This document shows positions 9,729 to 18,917 of a stretch of DNA of 64,000 bases, one piece after another. The notes under the pieces were generated by a model that saw only the letters and a list, made by a program, of their open reading frames with translations, was not told where the DNA came from and searched no databases. Numbering within the stretch: the first letter of the stretch is position 1; every line of letters begins with the position of its first letter. The stretch lies in the NCBI GenBank assembly GCA_963816395.1, contig CAWFKQ010000007.1, forward strand, positions 320,001-384,000, written 5' to 3'. The stretch comes from an uncultured delta proteobacterium. GTDB taxonomy: Bacteria; Desulfobacterota; Desulfuromonadia; Desulfuromonadales; JACZKF01. The translations under genes and the position numbers were made by a program.

Positions 9729-9932
9729 ATGCCCTACGTCAACATCCGAATTACCCGGGAAGGCGCAACGGCGGCGCAGAAGGCCAGACTGATCGAAGAG
9801 GTGACCAATCTGCTGCAGGAGGTGCTCGGCAAGAATCCGGCGACTACGGTAGTGGTGATCGATGAGGTGGAGACCGACAATTGGGGAATCGGCGGCGAAA
9901 CCGTCACCGCCCGCCGCCGACGGACGCCCTGA
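9729..9932 (+). CDS. 4-oxalocrotonate tautomerase family protein
   Basis: N-terminal Pro MPYVNIRIT..QKARLIEEVT..VVIDEVETDNWGIGG; AAGGAG RBS. Confidence 0.92.
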   Translation: MPYVNIRITREGATAAQKARLIEEVTNLLQEVLGKNPATTVVVIDEVETDNWGIGGETVTARRRRTP

Positions 9933-9954
9933 GGAGCCGGGGGAATCCGGGCTT

Positions 9955-10341
9955 TCAAGGGGAAATCACCAGATAGAAAGCCAGGGCGGTGGCGGTGACC
10001 AGGGCTAGCAGGAGTATCCACAAAATCCACGGGGAGATTACCGCCACCCCCTCCCTTTTCATTTCTCGATAGCCCTGGCGGTAGCGCCAGAAGGCGATGC
10101 CGAAGAGGATAGCGCTGACCAGCACCAAAAGCCCGCCCAGGGAAGAGGTCAAGAGGGGCAGGTTGAGGTGCTGCAGCAAACGGGCGATGGCCAGGCCGGC
10201 GGCCAGTGCCGCCAGGCCCGTGCGCAGCCAGGCACTGAAGGTCCGCTCGACGGCGAGCAGGGTGCGGTGCATCGCCCAGTCGGTGCGATCCCTGGCCAAT
10301 TCCCTGCGATCTTCTTGCCGGCGCTCCCCTTCCTCTGCCAT
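9955..10341 (-). CDS. DUF202/YidH family membrane protein
   Basis: RTLLAVERTFSAWLRTGL motif and three TM helices. Confidence 0.88.
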   Translation of the reverse strand: MAEEGERRQEDRRELARDRTDWAMHRTLLAVERTFSAWLRTGLAALAAGLAIARLLQHLNLPLLTSSLGGLLVLVSAILFGIAFWRYRQGYREMKREGVAVISPWILWILLLALVTATALAFYLVISP

Positions 10342-10385
10342 TTCCGCATTATAGCATCCCCCCTATCTTCGCCCCCCGCCGTCGG

Positions 10386-10413
10386 TTGACATCCCCTGAT
10401 TTACGCTTATTAT
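10386..10413 (+). promoter_or_regulatory. Putative sigma70 promoter
   Basis: TTGACA-N16-TATTAT upstream of 10445. Confidence 0.45.
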
Positions 10414-10444
10414 GAATAGAATTTAATTTTTTAGTGGAAAGGCC

Positions 10445-10723
10445 ATGCTCATCCGGGTGATGTATCACAACCGCAGATACGATATGGTCAAGGATTTCTT
10501 CCTCCAGAACCTGATCGCCTCCGGCCGAATAAACCGCTTCTACCGCGCTGACGGTTGGGCGGAAATCGGCCGCGATCCACTGCGGGGAAGCGGGACTCAT
10601 TCGCACACCGGCCCCGAGCGTCGCGAGCATGTCATCCATCGCCCCCTGGATACACTGATCCACATTGGCGAAAACCGTTATCGCCCGCATTTTCCCGGGC
10701 GATTCGATCTTGAAATCAGCTGA
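10445..10723 (+). CDS. GSU3473-family protein
   Basis: MLIRVMY..YDMVK...L..LI.SG.I..F.R.DGW..IGRDPLRG..GPERR pattern. Confidence 0.8.
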   Translation: MLIRVMYHNRRYDMVKDFFLQNLIASGRINRFYRADGWAEIGRDPLRGSGTHSHTGPERREHVIHRPLDTLIHIGENRYRPHFPGRFDLEIS

Positions 10724-10734
10724 CTTCTGAAGAG

Positions 10735-10769
10735 AAAAAAAGAAGCCATCCGCAATGGGATGGCTATTT
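10735..10769. terminator. Probable bidirectional terminator
   Basis: Stem AGCCATCC/GGATGGCT; A7 tract on the left gives a U tract on the minus strand. Confidence 0.65.
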
Positions 10770-10820
10770 GAGTGCCCGTCGACCAAGGCCGGGGACATTG
10801 AAATTGGATTTTGATCAGAT

Positions 10821-10909
10821 AAAAAATGCCCTTTATGGGCTACAAAGCAACAGATTCCCATTACAACCAAATCTGTTACTATTTAATTTCTTCTGGCGGT
10901 GCTGGAGAT
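10821..10909 (-). ncRNA. Candidate small RNA (unassigned)
   Basis: TTGATT-N17-TACTTT at 10944-10916; 11-bp hairpin 10846-10880; GCCC-ATAAA-GGGC-A-T6 terminator. Confidence 0.3.
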
Positions 10910-11046
10910 GGGCTCAAAGTAGAGCAATCCCCACAATAAATCAAGAAAATATTTTTTCCTGAAATAAAACTAAAATAACGGCCGTGGACTATTCTCGCCG
11001 AAGGGCACTTATCCTTCAGGCCCGGATAGTACTCAGGACGGGGAGG

Positions 11047-11640
11047 TTACCGGTAGATATAGAATGCGGTCAAGGCCTCGATGGTGGCCGCCACCAGCAG
11101 TAGAGGAACAACCAGGCCGGCGAATACCTGCAGGCACCGGCCAAGGCGCTGTTTCAATAAAGCAAATCGGCTGGGGCCGAGAATCCATAAACTGAGCCAC
11201 AACCCCAGCCCCCAGGAGATGAACATCGCCGGCAGTTCGAAAATACCGTGCGGCACGACCTTCCACCATTGCCAGGGCACCAGCGACAGAACCGCCCCGA
11301 GAATAATGCCGTTGCTCATCGCCGCCGCTGTCGGCAGCAGCGCAAAGGCGGCGCCCGCCAGCAGGGCGATCCCGCTGGCGGTCAGGTTGCGGAGAAAGAT
11401 GAGCAGTATCAGTTCCGCCGGGTTCCGGTTCGCCAACTGCCGGGCTATTTCGCCGAAGGAAAGGAGAAACGGCCGGCTGACAGCGGGGAAGAATATACCG
11501 AGTGTCACCCCGAAGGCGAAGAGGAAGACCGCCCCCCAGATGAACTCCCTGGCTTCGGCCAGGGTGAGGAAAACCTGGCGATAGAAACCTTTTCGGTCCG
11601 GCTCTGGCAGTGCCGGCGGTCGCTGCTCGGTCTCTGACAA
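11047..11640 (-). CDS. SpoIIM/DUF95 family membrane protein
   Basis: IFLRN, NGIILG, VPHGIFELPA, ATIEA. Confidence 0.88.
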   Translation of the reverse strand: MSETEQRPPALPEPDRKGFYRQVFLTLAEAREFIWGAVFLFAFGVTLGIFFPAVSRPFLLSFGEIARQLANRNPAELILLIFLRNLTASGIALLAGAAFALLPTAAAMSNGIILGAVLSLVPWQWWKVVPHGIFELPAMFISWGLGLWLSLWILGPSRFALLKQRLGRCLQVFAGLVVPLLLVAATIEALTAFYIYR

Positions 11641-11722
11641 AGGTCACCTGGGCATCGAGTAATTTTGTGAGCACCTGCCGGTTCAACTACTATCACAAGG
11701 GCGGAGCGGCGCAAGAACGAGC

Positions 11723-12544
11723 CTACGACACCGGCCCGATATCTCCTTCCAGGCGCTTGCGGACAAAGGCGTAGTCCTTCGCTTCATCCACGTCGATGAC
11801 AAGTTCCGGCCGGTCGAGGAGCACCGGCACCAGGCGCAGGCCGAGCCGGCGGGAGGCAATCCCGGCCATTTGCTCCAAGGTCAGGCGGCGCAACAGCCAA
11901 CCGCCGATCAAATAGCTGCCGGCAACGGTCCAGCCGAAGGCCAGGGTGGTCCGCAAGGTCTGCTTGCGGACCCGGTAGAGATGATTGATGCGGGGGGCGA
12001 GCCAAAGGTGCTCTGTGACTCGCGGATCGACCAGCGCCAGATTGCCATGGCAGGCGATGAAATCGCGGAAGAAAACCCGCGCCTTCTGCCGTCCCTGGTA
12101 AAAGCCGGTAAACGCGGCTTCCGGTACAAAAACGACAAACACTTCGCCGTCTCCGGCCGACTTTTCTGCACAGGCGTCCAGGAAAGCGCCCACCGCCTCA
12201 GAGGTAATCAGCGGCATGTCGGCGGTGGCGAAAAGGACGGCGGGGGAACCGCCGAAATGCTGCAGGCCGAGGATGATGTTACCGCCCAGGCTCTTCACCG
12301 CCTCCTCGTATTCACAGCCGTCCTGCTCCCCAACCGCCTGCCGCAGGGCCTCAGCCGGTCCCACCAGACAGATGCGATCGACCTGCGGCACCCGCCGCAG
12401 CGCCTCGAGGGTATAGAGGACCGACGGCTTGCCGGCGAATTTCAGCAGCGCCTTGGGGCCGGGCTCATAGCCGGCGTAAAGGGGGATGCGATTGATGCCG
12501 CCGGCGAGGATCACGGCATTTACCCTCTGCTCCTTAAGCCCCAT
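11723..12544 (-). CDS. Nucleotidyltransferase (MobA-like NTP transferase) family protein
   Basis: AVILAGG..KALLKFAGKP..ATADMPLIT..IDVD. Confidence 0.85.
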   Translation of the reverse strand: MGLKEQRVNAVILAGGINRIPLYAGYEPGPKALLKFAGKPSVLYTLEALRRVPQVDRICLVGPAEALRQAVGEQDGCEYEEAVKSLGGNIILGLQHFGGSPAVLFATADMPLITSEAVGAFLDACAEKSAGDGEVFVVFVPEAAFTGFYQGRQKARVFFRDFIACHGNLALVDPRVTEHLWLAPRINHLYRVRKQTLRTTLAFGWTVAGSYLIGGWLLRRLTLEQMAGIASRRLGLRLVPVLLDRPELVIDVDEAKDYAFVRKRLEGDIGPVS

Positions 12545-13100
12545 CCGCCGATCCCTCCTGCCTCCGGGGCCATCGCCGAGCCGGCGGGAGCGGCATTACG
12601 GCAAAACGCCGGCAGGGACGAGCCCTCCCGGCGCTTTCTGCCTGCGAGCCACCAGGGTTATCGGTCTGACTCCTGTTCACATCGTAGCTCTCCACAGTCC
12701 GCCAGCCAAGGGGAATGTCGCGATCCGATTCCTCCCAATAGGGGGGCTGGCCGTAATATCGATGGATCTCCAGTCCCCATTGGCGATCTCCCATCCGCGG
12801 CCAGCTGTTCTTGTCGAATCCAGGCGCCTGCCGAAGCTTCTCCGCCTCGACAGTAAAGTGAAAACGCATCTGCTCGCTGTCCAACTGAAGAAGTTTCCAG
12901 GGAATCGCCAGAAGCTTATCGCCCATGCCGAGATTACCGCCGACGGCAAGAATGGCATAACCGACCTGGCCGCTCTCCAGATCGATCATGAGCTCTTCGA
13001 TCCGGCCGAGGTCCTCCTCTCCAGGGGCACTAACCACCGGGATACCGATAAGGGCAGCTGCGGAAAGCACTTCCGCCCCGGACCCGGCTGCCTTGCCCAT
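12534..13100 (-). CDS. PRC-barrel domain protein (3' end uncertain)
   Basis: VLSAAALIG..DLGRIEELMID..GQVGYAIL..GMGDKLLAIPW..APGFDKNSWP..IHRYYG..PYW. Confidence 0.88.
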   Translation of the reverse strand: MGKAAGSGAEVLSAAALIGIPVVSAPGEEDLGRIEELMIDLESGQVGYAILAVGGNLGMGDKLLAIPWKLLQLDSEQMRFHFTVEAEKLRQAPGFDKNSWPRMGDRQWGLEIHRYYGQPPYWEESDRDIPLGWRTVESYDVNRSQTDNPGGSQAESAGRARPCRRFAVMPLPPARRWPRRQEGSADGA

Positions 13101-13139
13101 GGCTGACCTCCTTGTGCCGAAATTTGCTGATTTATTCCC

Positions 13140-13167
13140 ACTTTAGCGGAGGACGAGCGGTTGTCAA
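13140..13167 (-). promoter_or_regulatory. Putative promoter for the PRC-barrel operon
   Basis: TTGACA-N16-TAAAGT, the same hexamers and spacing as 3324-3351. Confidence 0.5.
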
Positions 13168-13216
13168 TGGGCTGACGGCTAGCCAACGGCGGGCGGCAGG
13201 CTAGACTGGTAGAAAG

Positions 13217-13771
13217 ATGCGGGGGGAGGGTTCGATGGAGCGGATCCGGCTTTTCTGGACACCGGAGGTGAAAGCGGATCTCCGGGAATATGTGCTGGCC
13301 ATGCTGCCGTCTCTGCTGGAGCGGCCGGCGGCCGCGGGCTCCCCCTTCGAGCTGGGGATGGAGGATTTCAGCATGCGGCGCCAGCAGTATCGGGCAGCCG
13401 CCCTGCTTGCCACTTTACGCCCCCGGCGGGCGGCGGAGGAACTGCTGTTGGCGGTAACCGGCGCCGACCTTTTCGCTCCCGGCCTCAATTTCGTCTTCGG
13501 TCAGGCCGATCCGGCGGGTCGCTGCGCCATTTTCTCCCTTTTCCGACTGGGCCCCGGGCTAACCCGTGAAACCCCTCCCGCCTCCCTATTCCAGCGCCGG
13601 GCATTGACTGAGGCCGTGCATGAGACCGGCCATCTCCTCGCCCTGCCCCACTGCCCGGATCCCGCCTGCGCCATGCACTTCTCCAATACCCTGGCCGAGA
13701 CTGACCGCAAAGGGCCGGGGCTGTGTGAGAAATGCCGGCGCCGGCTGCGGGCCGCCGACCTGGCCAACTAA
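13217..13771 (+). CDS. Archaemetzincin family Zn metalloprotease (M54)
   Basis: RQQYRA, LNFVFGQA, EAVHETGHLLALPHCPDPACAMHFSNTL.ETDRK...CEKC. Confidence 0.9.
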   Translation: MRGEGSMERIRLFWTPEVKADLREYVLAMLPSLLERPAAAGSPFELGMEDFSMRRQQYRAAALLATLRPRRAAEELLLAVTGADLFAPGLNFVFGQADPAGRCAIFSLFRLGPGLTRETPPASLFQRRALTEAVHETGHLLALPHCPDPACAMHFSNTLAETDRKGPGLCEKCRRRLRAADLAN

Positions 13772-13822
13772 TATCCGGTAAATAACGCGGCCTGCCCTGG
13801 TTCTTGAAAACCATTTATTCGA

Positions 13823-13897
13823 ACACAGATAGAACCTCATGCGTTAGATTCTGACAATTGATGTTATCCGCATTTATCCGATTTCTGATCTGTAGTG
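13823..13897. repeat. Degenerate decamer inverted-tandem element (family of 34759-34879)
   Basis: ACACAGAT... on the left; ATCCGCATTT ATCCGATTTC TGATCTGTAGTGT on the right. Confidence 0.4.
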
Positions 13898-13912
13898 TCT
13901 GAAAAAAAGCAA

Positions 13913-13995
13913 TTTAACGCAGAGACGCAGAGGCGCTGAGACTGAAATAAAAAAGGTTATCTATCTCTCTGCGCCTTTAGCGCCTCCGCGTTAAA
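13913..13995. repeat. TTTAACGC...GCGTTAAA octamer (CGCAGAGR) inverted-tandem element
   Basis: TTTAACGCAGAGACGCAGAGGCGCTGAGA - AT-rich spacer - CTCTCTGCGCCTTTAGCGCCTCCGCGTTAAA. Confidence 0.85.
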
Positions 13996-14046
13996 GCCTA
14001 GCTTTTCATCGTTTCGGGTGTGCCGCAGGCACATGTCGAACTGTAT

Positions 14047-15057
14047 TCAATTCACCTTTATCTTTAGCGGATCGGGCACCCCGGCCAAGTCCGCTGGACG
14101 GATTTCACCATTAGGGGCGACATGGCGCACCTCGCAGCGCAGCTCGAAGCCGCTCCTTTCCCGCACCGTTTTCCGGATGTGGGCAATCAGAGCCAGGACC
14201 TCCCCTGCAGTAGCGCCGCCCCGGTTGACGATGAAGTTGGCGTGGCGGCAGGAGACCTCGGCAGCACCGAGGCGATACCCCTTCAACCCCGCTTCCTCGA
14301 TGATCCGACCGGGGGGGCCGACGGTGGCATGCATCTCCGCCGTGCTCAGGAATACCGAGCCGCAATTAGGCTCCCCCCGGCGCGGGAACTTGCGCCGCCG
14401 CTCCCGCAAATCGGCGAGCATCTGCCGGCGCATCTCCCGGGGCTCGCCATCTGTGCATTCCAGTTCTACTCCGATCACCACCGCCCCGTTCTCCTGCAGG
14501 CTGCTGGCCCGATAACTGAAGCGGCACTCGGCGCGGGTAAGAACCGCCGGATCTCCTCCCCGGTCGATGGTCCGGACCCGCAGCACATTGTCGCCGATGG
14601 CGTGGCGCAGGCTGCCGCCGTTCATCGCCACCAGCCCGCCGATCGTCCCGGGGATGCCGATGATATGTTCCAGTCCGGAAAGCCCCCTTTGCGCCGCTTG
14701 CCGCGCCAGTTGCGGCACCCATACTCCGGCTTCGGCAAAGATGTGGCGACCGGTGATCTCGAGGCGGGAAAAACGGGCGCCCAGCTTGAGAACGATGCCG
14801 CGCAGGCCGGCATCGTCGAAGAGCAGGTTGCTCCCCTGGCCAATGACCAGCAGGGGAATACCCTCGCGCTTGGCGAAGCGAACGACCGCACCCACCTGCC
14901 CCGCGCTGCGGGGTTCGATCAGGACATCGGCCGGTCCGCCAATGCGCCAGGTGCTGTGTCTTGACAGGGGCTCATCGAAGCGGAGGTCATCGGGAGCGAA
15001 GGCGCCGAGGGTTTCAAGGGTGCGACAGCAGAAGGATTCGGCAAAGGGCATCGGCAT
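14047..15057 (-). CDS. murB: UDP-N-acetylenolpyruvoylglucosamine reductase
   Basis: HSTWRIGGPAD, IGQGSNLL, GIPGTIGGLVAMNGG, FSYR, PNCGSVF, HANFIVN. Confidence 0.93.
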   Translation of the reverse strand: MPMPFAESFCCRTLETLGAFAPDDLRFDEPLSRHSTWRIGGPADVLIEPRSAGQVGAVVRFAKREGIPLLVIGQGSNLLFDDAGLRGIVLKLGARFSRLEITGRHIFAEAGVWVPQLARQAAQRGLSGLEHIIGIPGTIGGLVAMNGGSLRHAIGDNVLRVRTIDRGGDPAVLTRAECRFSYRASSLQENGAVVIGVELECTDGEPREMRRQMLADLRERRRKFPRRGEPNCGSVFLSTAEMHATVGPPGRIIEEAGLKGYRLGAAEVSCRHANFIVNRGGATAGEVLALIAHIRKTVRERSGFELRCEVRHVAPNGEIRPADLAGVPDPLKIKVN

Positions 15058-15072
15058 TGGCAGCGGCTCGTA

Positions 15073-18000
15073 TTACATATTGCGGCGGTACTGGCCCCCG
15101 ACCTCATAAAGGGCGGCGCTGATCTGCCCGAGGGAGGCGACCTGCACCGTCTCGCATCAGTTCGGCGAAGATATTGTCGCCCAACTCCGCGGCCTGCTGC
15201 AAGCGTTTGAGGGCCTGCGGCGCCCGTGCTTGTGTTTGTCCTGGAAAGCCCGCAGGTTGGCGATCTGCTGCTCCTTCTCCTGCCTGGTGGCACGGGCCAG
15301 CGTCGTCGGGAATCCGGTAACCCTCCTCATCGGCCCTGGGATTGAGATAGGTGTTGACGCCGATAATCGGCAGTTCGCCGGTATGCTTTTTATGCTCGTA
15401 GAGCATCGATTCTTCCTGGATCTTGCTGCGCTGGTACATGAGTCTCCATGGCGCCGAGTACTCCGCCGCGCTCATTGATGCGCTCGAACTCTGCGAGCAC
15501 CGCCTCCTCGACCAGGTCGGTCAGCTCTTCAATGATGAAGGTCCCCTGCAGCGGGTTCTCGTTCTTCGCCAGACCGAGTTCCTTGGTGATGATCATCTGG
15601 ATCGCCATCGCCCGGCGCACCGACTCCTCCGTCGGCGTGGTGACCGCCTCGTCGTAGGCATTGGTGTGCAGCGAGTTGCAGTTGTCGTAGATCGCCATCA
15701 ACGCCTGCAGGGTGGTGCGGATGTCGTTGAAATCCATCTCCTGGGCATGCAGCGAACGCCCCGAGGTCTGGATGTGATACTTGAGCATCTGGCTGCGGGT
15801 GTTGGCGCCGTAGCGCTCGCGCATCACCACCGACCAGATACGCCGCGCCACCCGGCCGATCACCGTGTACTCGGCATCGAGGCCGTTGGAGAAGAAGAAG
15901 GAGAGGTTGGGGGCGAACTCGTCGATTTGCATCCCCCGCGACAGATAATACTCAACGAAGGTGAAGCCGTTGGCGAGGGTGAAGGCGAGCTGGCTGATCG
16001 GGTTGGCGCCGGCCTCGGCGATATGGTAGCCGCTGATCGAGACCGAGTAGTAGTTGCGCACCTGCTGGTCGATGAAATACTGCTGGATGTCTCCCATCAT
16101 CCGCAGGGCGAACTCGGTGGAGAAGATGCAGGTGTTCTGCCCCTGGTCCTCCTTGAGGATGTCGGCCTGCACCGTGCCGCGCACCGTCTGCAGGGTGCAG
16201 GCGCGGATCTCGGCCGCTTCGCCCGGGAGCGGCTCGCGCCCCTCACGGGCGCGGAAGATATCGACCTGCTGGCGGATCGCGGTGTTGAAGAACATCGCCA
16301 GCAGGATCGGCGCCGGGCCGTTGATGGTCATCGAGACGCTGGTCATCGGGTCGCACAGGTCGAAGCCGGCAAACAGCTTATCCATGTCGTCCTGGGTGCA
16401 GATGGACACGCCGCTCTCGCCAACCTTGCCGTAGATGTCGGGGCGTTCATCCGGGTCCTCGCCATAGAGGGTGACGCTGTCGAAGGCGGTCGAAAGGCGC
16501 TTGGCCGCATCGTCCTCGGTCAGAAAGTGAAAGCGGCGGTTGGTCCGCTCCGGCGGCCCTTCGCCGGCGAACTGGCGCTTCGGGTCCTCGGCGGTGCGCT
16601 TGAAGGGGAACAGCCCGGCGGTGTAGGGGAAACGCCCGGGGCAGATTCTCCTTCATGCGTCCAGTTGACGATCTCGCCGTAAGTCCGCGTAGTCGGGCAG
16701 GCAGACCCGGGGGATTTGTGTCCCGGAGAGGGTGGTGGTGAACAGTTCGGTGCGGATCTCCTTGTCGCGCACCCTGGTGACCATCTGCTCCTGGCGGTAG
16801 GCTCTGCTGCAGCTCCGGCCACTCCTGGAGGAGCTCGACGGGTCGCGGGGGTGAGCTGGGCCTCGACGGCGGCAATGGCGGCATCGAGCTCGGTTGCCAG
16901 CCCTGCGCTCTTCTCCGCCAGCTGTTCGCGGGTCCCCGCGAGCTGGAAGAGTCGGCGCGCGGCCAGTGATCTGTTCGGCGATTTGCTTGCGGTAGCTGCG
17001 GGCAGTGTCGGACGATTTCGCCGAGGTAGCCGGCCTGCTCGGGCGGGATGATCTGGTGCTGCCGGCTCTGCCTGGGTGGCCGACCTGCAGGCTCGATTGC
17101 CAGCCGAGCCCCTTCCTGTCGTTGAGCAGGTCGATCAGTGCCCGGTAGAGAATGTTGGTGCCGAGGTCGTTGAACTTGCTGGCGATGGTGCCGAAAACCG
17201 GCAGCGCCTCGTCGGGCAATGTCGAACAGGTTGCGGTTGCGGCGGTACTGCTTGCGCACGTTGCGCAGGGCGTCCTCGGCCCCCTTCTTCTCCATCTTGT
17301 TCAGCGCGACCAGGTCGGCGAAGTCGAGCATGTCGATCTTCTCCAGCTGGGTCGGGGCGCCGAACTCGCTGGTCATCACGTAGAGAGAGACATCGCAGAT
17401 CTCGACGATGCCGGCATCTCCCTGACCGATGCCGCTGGTTTCGACGATGATCAGGTCGAAAGCCGCCGCCTTGAGTACATCGAGAGCTTCGACGGATGGC
17501 CGCAGAGAGTTCGGTTTTGCGATTGGCGGGTGGCGAGCGAGCGCATGTAAACGCGGGGGGAATCGATGGCGTTCATGCGGATGCGGTCGCCGAGCAGCGC
17601 CCCGCCGGTGCGCTGGCGGGTCGGATCGACCGAGAGGATGGCAATATGCTTGTCGGGGAAATCGCGCAGGAAGCGTCGCACCAGTTCATCGGTCAGCGAA
17701 CTCTTGCCGGCGCCGCCGGTGCCGGTGATGCCGAGCACCGGGACATCGGTGCGCAGCTCGCGGACCCTGCCCAAAGCCTGGGCGATCTCCGGAGTCTTGT
17801 CGGTCAGGGCCTGCTCGGCAATCGTGATCAGCCGGGCGATGGCTGGAAAGCTGCGCTTTCGCCAGCGCCGCCAGATCGGCCTCGAGTTGGCGCGGAGTGC
17901 TAAAGTCGCAGGCCTGCAGCTTGAAGTCGATCATTCCCTGCAGCCCCATTTTGCGGCCATCCTCCGGCGAGAAGATCCGGCAGATGCCGTAGCTCTGCAG

Positions 18001-18333
18001 CTCCCTTATCTCATCGGGAAGGATCACCCCGCCGCCGCCGCCGAAGATGCGGATGTGCTCGGCCTGACGCTCCCTGAGCATGTCGTACATGTACTTGAAG
18101 AACTCCATGTGGCCACCCTGGTAGGAGCTGACCGCGATCCCCTGAACATCCTCCTGGATGGCGGCGGTGACGATCTCGGCCGCCGAGCGGTTATGCCCCA
18201 GGTGCACCACCTCGGCGCCGGAGGCCTGCAGCAGCCTGCGCATGATGTTGATCGATACGTCGTGGCCGTCGTAAAGGCTGGTGGCGGTGACAAAACGGAC
18301 TGAATTCTGGAGCCGGTAACCGGAATTCTCCAT
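15073..18333 (-). CDS. icmF: Fused isobutyryl-CoA mutase / MeaB-like GTPase (multiple frameshifts)
   Basis: B12 domain [21 protein letters not shown], GTPase [19 protein letters not shown], mutase [51 protein letters not shown]-terminus GGQYRRNM*. Confidence 0.95.
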
Positions 18334-18436
18334 GGAGGATCTCCTTCGCTGACACAATGCTCCAAGACACAGCACGCCGATGTGCGTGCCGGCATAACCA
18401 CAATGGTCGAATTTCCAATACCACAAACATCGTTTT

Positions 18437-18452
18437 AGCAAGTCTCGTGCCA
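18437..18452 (-). promoter_or_regulatory. Sigma54 (-24/-12) promoter of icmF
   Basis: TGGCAC-GAGAC-TTGCT, a consensus match. Confidence 0.85.
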
Positions 18453-18917
18453 CGCCGGTAAACAAAGCAGCAAGACCCCTTATGCAACTGAAAGAGCATG
18501 CTTTTCCCCGAAGCTAACGGGATACGAGAGAAAAAGTGCCAGCGTATTACTGTTTACACTCGTGACAATCGGCCAGGGCAAATGGCTTCGAAACCGGATT
18601 TTCACCGTTCTCGCCACCGCTCAATTGTATTCAGGTTTCGATCGGCCGGATAGGCCGGGCGCTTGTGTAAAGTGCTTGTCTCGCCATGCTTTTTACCGCT
18701 CTAAGTACCTGAAAATTTTCTTTATTTCAGAACTGCGCGAGAGTTTGAGGAGCACCATGGGTGTCTTGCCTGCAAAAAGAAAAATAAGGTTTGCAGTGAA
18801 ATTAAAACACTGTATTATGCTTAGACACATTAACGGATCTAGACGTGACACTTCGTGGCGAGCATCCTGATGCCGCTTCCCTTGGCAGTTCTGGAGTGAC
18901 CGGCCGGCAAGGATCGC

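Noticed and set aside
15073..18333. Dedicated pivalyl-CoA or methylmalonyl-CoA mutase
   Set aside because: Phe in RQFAGEG and the fused GTPase architecture indicate canonical IcmF
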